A DNA stretch of 64,000 nt. Origin: Amphiscolops sp. MND2022. Lineage: Eukaryota. Made by a program: the position numbers and the translations under genes. A model generated the notes under the pieces. The model saw only the letters and a list, made by a program, of their open reading frames with translations, was not told the DNA's origin and made no database searches. Below are positions 10,900 to 22,224 of the stretch, piece after piece. Location of the stretch: contig OZ076409.1 of the NCBI GenBank assembly GCA_964187785.1, forward strand, positions 93,870,001 through 93,934,000, given 5' to 3'. How positions within the stretch are numbered: position 1 is the stretch's first letter; every line of letters starts with the position of its first letter.

Positions 10900-11352
10900 A
10901 TGGCTCCAAATGCTGAAACAAACGACATTCTAACAATGACTTCAGAATTTTCGAAAGTGCATAGTCTTAAAGCCGCCATATTTCATACCATGGCCTTCAA
11001 ACTCTCGCTTGAGATTCACAAAAACAAAATTACGCCAAAATGTCTCATCGCTTTCTTAAAAGTACTCTACAATGTCACGCAAATAAAGAAAAAGAAAATC
11101 ACTTTCGAGCAATACTCGCGAATCCATCTTCAAGGACCTAAAATTGCCATTTGTGAAACGGCATCTAATGTTGTTTTCGTCCTCAATTCGTCTTTTACGT
11201 CAAAGGATCAGTACTTTCGTACTGCTATCCAAGAAGCTACAGATGCTTTTAATAATATGCTGAAAGATTTCGGGTATACTCAACAACTAGAACTTTATGA
11301 CCCGATCCAACACCAACCTCATCCTCCATCGCAAAACTCTCTCTTTCAATAA
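10900..11352 (+). CDS. Accessory ORF C, 150 aa, unknown function
   Basis: ATG in good context (ATAATGG), intact globular-looking ORF, same strand as the element. Confidence 0.6.
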   Translation: MAPNAETNDILTMTSEFSKVHSLKAAIFHTMAFKLSLEIHKNKITPKCLIAFLKVLYNVTQIKKKKITFEQYSRIHLQGPKIAICETASNVVFVLNSSFTSKDQYFRTAIQEATDAFNNMLKDFGYTQQLELYDPIQHQPHPPSQNSLFQ

Positions 11353-11589
11353 TCTCTAACCAAAACTCCTACTTACTTATATTTCACTCTTTGACTACAT
11401 TTCGTCTCCAAATTCTTCATCTTCTTTCGATGATGCTTCGAAATGTGGTTGATGATTACTTCCAAGAACTCCTACACATGCTGAAACTCTTCACTTCACC
11501 CACCCACGATGGTCAACAACATCCATCTACACTTTGGGTTCATCGACGTTGCCAAAAATTGTCCTCGTCATCGCTCTTCACACTTCAAA

Positions 11590-11803
11590 TGCTGACTTCG
11601 TGACTGGTCTTCATCCTCCAATGCTGACTTCGTGAACTGGTCTTCTTCACACCTCAATTGCTGACTTCGTGAACTGGTCTTCTTCACACCTCAATTGCTG
11701 ACTTCGTGAACTGGTCTTCTTCACACCTCAATTGCTGACTTTGTGAACTGGTCTTCTTCACACCTCAACTGCTGACTTCGTGAACTGGTCTTCATACTCC
11801 AAT
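11590..11803 (+). repeat. Tandem array of 37-bp unit TGCTGACTTCGTGAACTGGTCTTCTTCACACCTCAAT (6 copies, outer ones shorter)
   Basis: Unit starts at 11590, 11622, 11659, 11696, 11733, 11770. Confidence 0.95.
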
Positions 11804-12881
11804 GGCCAATACAAATTTCAAACTGAACTGTATAATCACGTATAATCAATATAACCTGTAACCTATTTTAATCAAATCATAATATAGACTAGTGCTATAT
11901 ACTCGTATCTAATTTTTAGTGCTATATAATCTTATCTAATCGTAGTATACTAGTGATATATATTCCTATCTAATCTTTAGCGCTATATAATCCTATTTAA
12001 CCATTGTATAATACCCCCCATTAACCATAATCCTTCCCAAATTCTACCCATAATTATTCTTGTAACCACAATATTATTTACTTCCATTGTATTGTGTATA
12101 GAACCTTAACATTATCTTACATAATTATCCACTTCAAAATACATTTTAATCCCCGTCTTTTTACAGAACACAAGTCCTACTTACAGCACAAGAAATTTTC
12201 TAAGATTTTTGGACAAAAATTTTTCTTTTACAAAACATGTTCTACAACTTTCCTTTAACCCTCAAAAGCATTCCCAAAAAATTTTCCAAAATTTTCTTTC
12301 GAACTCTTAAAAATTGTCACTTGTAAAATATGTCACTTCTAGTTTTCAAATGTTTGAAACTTGAAATAGCCAAAGTTTTTTTTCAACTCTTGCTTCTGCT
12401 CTACTCTTCACTTTTGTTGAAAATGAACTCTCACTCCAACCTTGACTTTTCAAAACTTCTTCACTTTTGGTTCACATACCCGCCAATGTTGGTTCACAAT
12501 TCATTGACAACTTCACGCTTTAATTCCTCAACTTGAAAAGTTTTCAATGCTGACTAACTCATGTTGATGCACCAAATTTTTTCAAACAAGCCGATGGCTG
12601 ATACGTACGAAAAAGAAACATGAAAGAATAAATAGTTGTCAACAATAACTTCAAAGAACTTGTCAGTCAAAGAAACTGAAAGAACTTGAACCTGTTTGAA
12701 CCTTTTTGCACCAATTGAATCGTCTATGACGTAAGAAGTCAAATCGTCTTAGGTTGTTCTCACTCCTTAAGTATGGTACTCTACAAAACAAAACTCATGC
12801 AACTGTAATACAACATATATGAAACAAACCCATGCACATAACAAAAACTTCTAGAACTCCTCAAACTCAAAAGTGCATATA

Positions 12882-13325
12882 TGTAATTTTTATTTTTAAA
12901 TTCCTGGTTGATTGTGATGCCATGATGCATGTCCTCAAAGATTTTATAAATCTGAAATACTCTGAACTCTTAACAAAAGAAATTAGTAAATCTAATTGAA
13001 TCTAGAAACCAATTATTCTAGAAGAAACTTCTTTTAATATATCCTGTACCAAGCTTCCCCAATTCATCCTGTTGCTGTCACATTGTAATTGATGAAACCT
13101 ACCCTAGTTAATAGAATATATCTACTTGGAGAAATTGAGAATTCTTCCTGACGATCAGTCTTCTTCCAACACTCCAGTAACTGAGATCTCAGAAATAGAT
13201 TGTACTCTGAACTAGCTAGCTACCAAGTATCAGATAAAAGATAAGACGACTCTGCTGTTAAAATCTTAGACTTCTTATGTCAGTTCTAACTCGTATAAAA
13301 GAAACAACTACTAAAACTTTTAACA
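12882..13325 (+). repeat. Probable 3' LTR of the large Gypsy element
   Basis: TGTAA... to ...TTTTAACA termini and change in composition; the 5' boundary is a guess because no strong PPT is visible and the partner LTR lies outside the window. Confidence 0.45.
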
Positions 13326-13532
13326 GCTCATGATGTTCAGAGCATAATTTAAATTTTTGTTGATATCCGTTTTTCGCTGAGAATAAAAAAATAAATTTCA
13401 CCAATTTTTTTTTCCATCATGAAAATAAAATAATTCGTTTTTAGGCAATAATAATATTCGAATATAATATTGAACACCCCTGCTTTGAATGGTTTTCGCA
13501 AATGAATTTTTGATTCAATTCAAAATACAATA

Positions 13533-14190
13533 CTGTGATTAAGAAAACATCCCCGGAGCAATTTTAGGCTCGTTTTTTTTCGGAACTTGTTGATAATTTC
13601 GAAAAATGTCAGGAATAAAGGTTTCTTAGAATTCCATCTAGTTCATATTAGTGCTTTAAACATTGTTCTGGGACCAAAGTTGAGAAAGATACAAATAGCT
13701 GATTTTGAGCAAATTTGGGACTTTTTTCCGTTTTTTCTGTTTTCGACCGTTTTATCCACATATTCATTGGCATGTTGTAAGCTCAACTAATTACCACAAA
13801 CTTAATGAATCCATGGATGTATTTTGATTTCAAAAATATCCAACCATTTTCGAAAAATCAGGCTCGAAAGGTAAAATTTCGTTGATTTACATGTATTGAG
13901 ATAGGAAATGAACGTTTCGCGGTGAAAAAGTGCGATAACTTGTTTTAGAATGTGTTTGAAATAAAAAAAATTATCATTGAATTCTAGGCAATCTGCAAAA
14001 ACCTCTGAATTTAAAATTTTCCGAAACAGTTTCCCAAAACCTGCGCAAATGTGGGAAAATACCAAAGATTTTACTTGATTCACAAATGAGAATGCGAGTG
14101 AGAGCAAATGTAACCAGTGAGAGCAAATAAACAATTCTAATTGGTTGATAACGACGATCAGCTAATAGGGGGACGATTTCTTAATCACAG
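13533..14190. mobile_element. Non-autonomous TIR element (MITE), Tc1/mariner-like TA target
   Basis: TA|CTGTGATTAAGAAA...TTTCTTAATCACAG|TA, with similarity extending to CCCC/GGGG. Confidence 0.75.
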
Positions 14191-14494
14191 TACTGTACCT
14201 GCGAAATGAAGTACTGTACCTGCGTACTGTACCTGCGAATGATAAAAAAACGAAACCTACCAAATATTCACTCTTCAAAATCGTAATATGTGTAAACAAG
14301 ACGCTGATAATCTTTCACATTCTCTGTCAATCATCCTCTCTTTACGTAATCAAATCTTCAACAACGAATGATATGAACGTTCAGAAAAAACCTAGACATA
14401 TTAACAAGTAATTTGGTTCACACTTTTGATGTGTGAAAGTTCGATTGCTTGAAACGAAATTTGTCAAAGTGAATGACTGACACGCTGAATTACA

Positions 14495-15056
14495 CGTTAC
14501 AGATTTTCGCCCCTGGACATTTCGCCCCCAGCATTTCGCCCCTAAAACATTTCTCCCCTAAAACATTTCGCCCCTAAAACATTTCTCCCCTGAAACATTT
14601 CGCCCCTAAAACATTTCACCCCTAAGACATTTCGCCCCCAAGACATTTCGACCCTAAGACATTTCGTCTCGTAACTATTATAAGTAGTCAGCTATGTTCA
14701 CATACCCCTAGTGCCCTAAATGCAGGAGCGAAGCGAAGCGGAGCGACGTGCCATATGGCAATGCCTCAATGTTGCTACTTGTCGAAGTGAGCGAAGCGAC
14801 CGAGCCACACAACAAATATGCTAAACTCTTCAAATGATTCAAGTTCCACATCCGTTTCATTGCATTGAAAAAACAATTTAAACAAATGGAAATAATTAAA
14901 TTCTAAGTTAAAGGTCGAAATGTAGGTGCGAAATGTCTTAGGGGCGAAATGTCTTAGGGGTGAAATTTCTTTGGAGTGAAATTTCTTTGGGGTGAAATTT
15001 CTTTGGGATAAAATGTCCAGTGGCGAAATGTCCAGGGACGAAAAGTCTTGTAACCG
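14495..15056. mobile_element. Foldback/MULE-like non-autonomous element with tandemly repeated arms
   Basis: Left arm has ~15-17-bp ACATTTCGCCCCTAA repeats, right arm their reverse complement; ends CGTTAC / GTAACCG; flanking duplication AATTACA (14488-14494, 15057-15063). Confidence 0.8.
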
Positions 15057-15384
15057 AATTACAATGTTCAGAGTTGTTTTCAATCATTTGTTCACGAATA
15101 TTTGAAACTTTGAGGCTCAACTATTTTCATGCGTTCCCTTTTTCATGGAGCACCTAGTAGTGAAAGAAATCAATGCCTGTGTGTCCTGATGTTGTATCCT
15201 CCTGTGTCGATAGGGTGTGACAATGAGAGAGTCCTTGGGTCCGCAACTGTCCTGGGGACTCAGAGAGGCGACTGAGGGCTTGGGTGACAAGCGATGCATC
15301 GTACTCGGGGTACTGTCCTGGCTTTTGTTTCTTGTGGTCTACATTGAGGCATGTGCTGTATTATGGCTAAATTTCAACATATTG

Positions 15385-15863
15385 TTAGTCGGCGCTTTTC
15401 TAGAGAAAAGTGCCCGACTATTACAGTGGCTAGTTTTTTTCTTTTTTTTCGTCAGACTACAATCTTTATCTGATTGGGCCACTTTTGTTACAATCGAAAC
15501 TACTAAAACTACTACCATAAGGCCAAGTCCCGTCAGCGGAAATTAGTGCGAAAGGGTCCCCCTTTCATTTTTTACTATTTCAACGTAACCTACAAAACCG
15601 GACGAGACTAAAGGGTCCCCCCCTTTCGATTTTTTTTCGGCATTGTGCGACTTTTTTTCGAAAATTTTTTAATGTCTCAAAAGAGTCCCCCTTTCGAGTT
15701 TTTTGATATTTTGCAACAGAATATATGTTAATAAAGCCCAAAGGGTCCCCCCTTTTACATTTTTCGGCACTATGCGACATTTTCTGAAAAAAAATTCAAA
15801 AAAAGTCTTTTGCGCTTTTTGAGCCTTAGATATAGCGCCGACTTTAGACTTTCCCGTCTTGTT
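15385..15863 (+). mobile_element. Helentron-associated non-autonomous element (HINE/DINE-1-like)
   Basis: TTAGTCGGCGC ... GCGCCGACT subterminal inverted repeats, ending CTTGTT. Confidence 0.75.
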
Positions 15864-17234
15864 CATCTTGTATATCGTATTTGTTACTTTTAAATTTCAA
15901 CTGTACTATAGTTTATAGGTGTCAAAAAAATCGATTGTCTCTGTTAGTAGTCAATCATCGTTCTGCTAGACTACTCGAAAAACATGTTTCAACCCCATGT
16001 ATTTGGAAAATCAACAAAATGAAAATTGGAAATTCCAGGAAAAATGTCCAAGAGAGAAATGAATTCAACAAGCGGCTAATAATTGGTCAAATTTTAACTA
16101 GATTTGGAATACTAGGAACGTAGTGGTTTTCCAAAGTTTCTTTCGTGAAGTCAAAAGTGTACAAAAATGGAAAAGATGTTTTTTCATAAAATCTCAAACC
16201 AGTCGAAACTCAACGTCTCTCGCATATTTTTGCTTACATCGGTATTAATTTACTCCCAGATTCGCACTTTGGTCTCAAACAACACTATAGAAAAGCCCCC
16301 CCCCCCCTCATTCAAACAAAATTGATTTTCCAAAGATTCTTGAGTATACTTAGAAATAAATTTTTGTGCACAAAACATGCCTGAAGAGGTCCTTCAGTTT
16401 TTCCATTCATAGTTGACTCATTTTCTTCTTCCAGCTCCTCTGTTTTTTCCTCTGCTTTTGTCTTCGCTACTGAAACATATAAAAACCTTGAAAGAACCAG
16501 CAATCATCAGTTGATGCATGTAGCCCAATAACTGATTGAATTATGAAAAAAAAACTTCTTCTATAAAAACGAACATAAGAAAATTTGCTATGCAACATAC
16601 AAATATCATGATTTATGAAACTGACAAAATTTTTCTAGTTTGAAATGAAAGATCAGGCCGAATACTCGTTGTTAAAACCCTTAAAATTCTTGCCCAAAAA
16701 CTTGACTTTTTGTGAAATCCTTGGCGAAAATGTTGCCAGGTTTCTTGCCAAAAACACACAGAACATATACAATCTTGAAAAATCTTGACAAGAGTTGTGA
16801 GCGAAAAGCTATTAAGTGTGAATGAAAATGAACAAAAACCGTCGCCAACTGCATCTTGATTCACGCTACTAACAAAGCTATCACATCTCGAAATTCTACA
16901 GTTTGTTTTGCCCTATAACCAACAAGTCAAAGAAATATAGTGAAGCTGGTAATGAGAGCAATGTCAAACTCATTGAAGAAATGAAAATTATAGTTTTCGA
17001 GGTTATTCTTTTTCCTGTGACTCCAACCTAAATTCTTTGTCAGAAATTCAGAAGGCTTATGTGATACACGTCAGTTTTCATGAAATGTTTCTGCTCCAAA
17101 ATCACAAATCCAGGATCTTCTAAAACTTTCAAGTTGTCAGACACTTTGCAAACGTTTTTGAATGTCACATCTCAAGTAACCTTTCACCATAATCTTGCAA
17201 ACTCTAGATGTACTCATAAAGGAAACGAGATTTA

Positions 17235-17553
17235 GGGTACCTGGTGTAGTGGTTAGAGCATTCGGTCTGTACAGGCGGGATCAGGTTCGAATCTCTCCCA
17301 ACTCATCATTAATGGGCCTTAAGCAAGTCCTTCATCCCTAACTTAGTGGTATGGTCAATGACGAAAATACCGCGTTTTGGCGGAGGAAATCAAAGACAAA
17401 AAGAGCAAAGGTGAGTGGTCAGACCTTTGTCAGACCTCATGGTTGCAAGTATGGTACCATAGCTTGCTATGGGGAGATAGTATCCCAAAGGGCGCCGACT
17501 TAGAAAAGAGGAACTGCTTTTTCGGCGTCCACCCCGCTGAATTGGGGAAATAA
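17235..17553 (+). mobile_element. tRNA-derived SINE with CORE-like segment
   Basis: A box TGGTGTAGTGG, B box GGTTCGAATC, then CCTTAAGCAAGTCCTTCATCCCT (cf. CORE CCTTGGGCAAGTCACTTAACCT). Confidence 0.65.
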
Positions 17554-17604
17554 ACTTTCTTCATTTAACAAATTATGTAAAAAGTTTTTTTGCCAACATT
17601 CAAT

Positions 17605-17991
17605 AACAAGCCGGGAACGGCCCAAGTCAGCGCCATATAGAGGCTAAAAAATATCAAAAGGATTCAAAGTGTCAAGTATTATCTTCTACAGTACCCGCGT
17701 GAAAAAATTGACAAAAAAATCCGAAATTTTATTTCGAATTTTTTTTTCAATTTTTTGGTCTCCGGTAAGTCGCATAGTGCCAAAAAAAGTAAAAGAGGAC
17801 CTCAAAAAATAATTAAACCTAACCTAATAGTTAACCTAATTAACCACTATCTATCTCAAGTACCAGTAGAAGTAGTGTAGCAATTAAGTGTTAGTGCAAG
17901 TCAGCTTATAAAGCTTATAAAATCTGTCACTTTGTTGGTCTTAAAAAAGACACTGCTATAGTCTACGTTTTCTAAGAAAAGCGCCGACTAA
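17605..17991 (-). mobile_element. HINE/DINE-like copy
   Basis: AACAAGCCGGGAACGGCCCAAGTC... to ...GCGCCGACTAA. Confidence 0.75.
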
Positions 17992-20539
17992 AAAACGAAG
18001 AGAACCTTTCGATTTTCACTCATAATTGTTCCTGCTAATTCTCTCATATTTTGCGTTTTCCAAGTTTATCTACAAAACCCAGTAATAGAGGTAAATTTTT
18101 TGTCGGACCAGATCTCACACTCATTGGTCCATTTTTCAATTCACAGACGTTCGCCTCAAAATTCTGCAGTTCTTCTACGCAGGTTTCCAGGAAAACATTC
18201 AACCTAAAAGATCCTTTGTCTAGAATATTTTCATTCTTGGGCGTTTTTCCTCAATTCTTATGTTTGGGGTGTTTTTGGCGACAATTAAAGGAGCAAAAAG
18301 AGTAAGGTCAGTTATACGAGGTTGTATGAAATCACCATGAAACCAGCGTGGGCCATGCATGGTCAATGTATGTTTGAAGCATGACTGAAATCCGTTTGAA
18401 CGAAAAACTTCAGCACCCTGGTTGGAACTGTTTGAATTTTTTTTTCTGTTTTTGTAGATTAAGCTAATTTTCCATGATTTTATAAAATTCTCAAAGAAAT
18501 GTCCATGCAATAAATCTTCTCTGATTCGATTTATTTTTATCAAGCTGCCTATAAAATGTATCTTAAATTTGGCGGCAATTCTGCGCCGCGACGTTTCGCA
18601 AGTTTCATAAAGACGCTGTTCTATTTTTGGAAGCACCTGAGACCTTAATCAATTTTACCGCTTTTTGCTTTCAATGCAAACAAATTTCAATCACAATATA
18701 AGTTTCAAAGTAGCGTCATATTAAGCGTGCTATTTGGCTAACGGTGATTACATGAGGTTCTTACTTGAGATACTTACGCGTGAAAACAAAGTGATCGCTG
18801 CGGTGAAGAAGTGGAAATGTTTTCAGTTTTAATTCAAATAGTGGAAGCTGCATTGTAATCCTACAAAATGTTTCCATGCACGGTCCCGGAATTTTCCATG
18901 TTTTATAAAAAAAATTAGCATGCATGTTTCCATGGAGCATGTAAAAAGTTCAAGCAATCTCGACTAGGGCAGTTCTAAATGATTTTCTGTAATTCTAAAT
19001 AACATTTTAGTACTCTTTAGATCTCATTCCAGTGGCTTAAGATCTTTTTCTAGGGTATGTCTTACCATCTGGTAACACTCAGTGTGAAATACTACTTCTT
19101 CTTACCAGATGTTACAATATCATTTGTGAGAATTTTGCAAAAAAACTTGTATTTTTCAACTAGGGTTATATTTTATATAAGTAACCTTGTGATCTGAGAT
19201 CAAAGTTTGGTAATTTAAGATCTTATTTCAGTGGTTTTACATCCGAATCCATTGAGTTCATCATATTCCGCTGCTTTTAGATCTCTCCACAACTGGGTTT
19301 CATTGACAGACTTAACTTCGAATTCAACCAGTATGAATTTTTTTGTAATTTTCCCTCAAAAAATTTTGATGGTGGGGGGGGGCAGAAAAGAGCCGAAATT
19401 TAAAACAGTAAGTTTAACAAAAACATGTTGAACAGCGTTATGAATTTTCGTGATATTACCTCATACTGGCAATTATACTAATTGCGTCGTAAAAAACACA
19501 GGACACGTTGTCTCTAGATTATTAACAGGAAAGTTGAGAAAATGGAGAAAATAAGAAAAGCGGCAGTAGCAAAAATATGTAGTGTAATGATAAACAATGG
19601 TGGATATGCTGAACCAAAACAGTGTTTTCTGTAAAAGCTCAATTCTAAGAACAAAAAGTCTAGAATATGTATGTCTATTATTGATGCTTTTGTATAATGT
19701 AATCCTGGTAATCAGGATTTGTTAATAGGGATTATAATATAATCCTGTTAAATTGTTCATATTGGAAGAACTCATGTGATTCAATCCTATTTGGCTCCAA
19801 GTTCAAAATCTTCCTACGTTCAAAGAAATATGTAACTCTTTAGAGTTGCCTCTCAAGAAAAAAAATGAAAGCTTAATTCAACAAATAACCGCTTTTGTAA
19901 TGTATCTTTCGTTTCCTCAATATATACAGATTCACCTAGACTGAAATTAGCAATTAATGATCTTTTTTCTATCTGATTAATGCGCCAAATTATATCGATT
20001 TCAACAGATAGAATTGATGTACGGATTGACGTTTTGGAGTTAGGAAAAAACTAAAGCACAATATCGAGGTATTTTACGTTTGAAACTGATCAAGGGTTGT
20101 CATGACATCTAGTTCATAAATGTTTCCATGCGAGGAAACAAATTGTTAAAAATGAAAAACGTTTTATGGTCATGCTGACTTTCTTGTTTTCCACAAATGA
20201 TCGTTGTTTAACTTTAATATTTTTCATAAATGATTGGTGTATGCCTTTCATGTTTTTCATAAAAGAACAAAGTAAAATCAGGTTCAATTCACTCAAATAT
20301 TAATGTCTTTTTTCGGTATAAACCTGTATTTTAACCGCATGTATCAACAAAGGATACATCGAACTCATTGAATACGTAAATTCTTTAGATGTGAAAAACG
20401 TGCAACTAGTTTTTGTTATAGCTACATCATAATTTCAGACAGATTTGTGGTTCAATCGAGATCAATCACTGATAATTCAGCATCCAATGCCAAAAGTTGG
20501 TGATTGTAAGAATTTTCTCACGTGTTAGATAGAAAGTGG

Positions 20540-22224
20540 AACAAGCCGCGAACGGCCCAAGTCGGCGCCATATCTAAGGCTCAAAAATAGCCGAAGGACT
20601 TCAAAGTTTCAAGTACTCTGTTCTACAGTACCCGATTGAAGAAACAAATTTCAAATTTTTTTTCGAATTTTTTTGAAGTCTCCGGTAAGTCGCATAGTGC
20701 CGAAAAAGGTAAAAGGGGGACCCTTTGGGATTTTTTGAACAACCATTCGGTTGCAAAATAGAAAAAAAATGAAGGGGTGACCCTTTGAAGACATTTAAAA
20801 ACTTTGCGAAAAAAGTCTCATAAAGCCAAACTAACATACTAAAAAGTTTTGGTCAAGGCGAGACTCGAACCCACGTCCTTCTGCTTGGCAGACCTCAAAC
20901 AATCCTAATTAACGTCTATTACCTAGTGCCAGTAGAAGTAGCAGTTTAGTGTTGCAGTCAGTGTTAGTGGAAGTCAGCTTATAAAGCTTATAAAATCTGT
21001 CACTTCGTTGGTCTTGAAAAAAAAAGAGAAAAGTCACTACTATAGTCTGTGTTTTTCTACGAAAAAGTGCCTACTAACAAGCCGGGAACGGCACAAGTCG
21101 GCGCCATATCTGAGGCTCAACAATAGCAAAAGGACTTCCATGTGTCAAGTATTTTCTTCTACAGTATCCGCGTGAGGCAAAAATTGGCAAAAAAATCGGA
21201 ATTTTCTTTCAATTTTTTTTGGTCCCCGGCAAATCGCATAGTGCCGAAAAATGTAAAAGGGGACCTCAAAAAAGCCTAATTAACCTCTATCTCAAGTGCC
21301 AGTAGACGTAGTGTGGCAATTAGTGTTAGTTCAAGTCAGCTTATAAAGCTTATAAAATCTGTCACTTCGTTGGTCTTAAAAAAAAGAAAAGTCACTACTA
21401 TAGTCTGTGTTTTTCTACGAAAAAGCGCCGACTAACAAGCCGGGAACGGCCCAAGTCGGCGCCATATCTAAGGCTCAACAATAGCAAAAGGACTTCAATG
21501 TGTCAAGTATTCTCTCCTACAGTATCCGCGTGAGGCAAAAATTGAAAAAAAAAGTCCGAATTGTTTTCGAATTTTTTTTCGAAATTGTTTTTCAAAACTA
21601 TTTTTTGGTGTTCGGTAAGTCGCATAGTGCCAAAAAATGTAAAAAGGGGCCTTTGGGAGTCACTACTATAGCTGCGTTTTTCGACGAAAAGCGCCAACTA
21701 AAAAAGAAACAAGCCGGGAACGGCCCAAGTTGGCGTCATATCTAAGTCTCAAAAAGGGCACAAGGAATTCAAAGTGTCAAGTATTCTCTTCTACAGTACC
21801 CACATTATAAAAAAACTGAAAATAAATGCCGTATTTTTTTCCAAAGTTTTTTTTCGAATGTTTTTTGGTCTCCGGTAAGTCGCCTAGTACCGAAAAATGT
21901 GAAAGGGGACCCTTTGGGAGTTTTTGAACATCCATTCTTTTGCAAATTAGAAAAAAATTGAAGGGCATTACAAAATTATGCGAAAAAAATCTCACAAAGC
22001 CGAAATAACCTGGACAAAAAAATTGGTCAAGGGCGGGACTCGAACCCACGTCTTTCCGCTTGGCAGACCTCAAAAAGCCTAATTAACCCTCTATGCCAAG
22101 TGCCAGTAGAAGTCGTGTGGCAGAGTTTAGTGTTAGTGCAAGTAAGATTATAAAGCTTATAAAATCTGTCAGTTCGTTGGTCTTAAAAAACGAAAACTCA
22201 CTGCTATAGAAAAGCGCCGACTAA
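20540..22224 (-). mobile_element. Head-to-tail array of four HINE/DINE-like units
   Basis: Unit starts AACAAGCCG at 20540, 21076, 21434, 21708; junctions ...ACTAACAAGCC... Confidence 0.8.

Larger units (their letters stand above)
1..13325 (+). mobile_element. Large env-bearing Ty3/Gypsy (Metaviridae) LTR retroelement, 5' end (gag, 5' LTR) outside the window
   Basis: Co-oriented pol (PR-RT-RH-IN order), env-like ORF and extra ORFs; uniformly G-poor + strand to ~12.9 kb; terminus ...CTAAAACTTTTAACA at 13325. Confidence 0.9.

Noticed and set aside
11590..11803. 37-bp repeats as a CRISPR array
   Set aside because: Units are contiguous with no unique spacers, there are no cas genes, and the context is a eukaryotic retroelement
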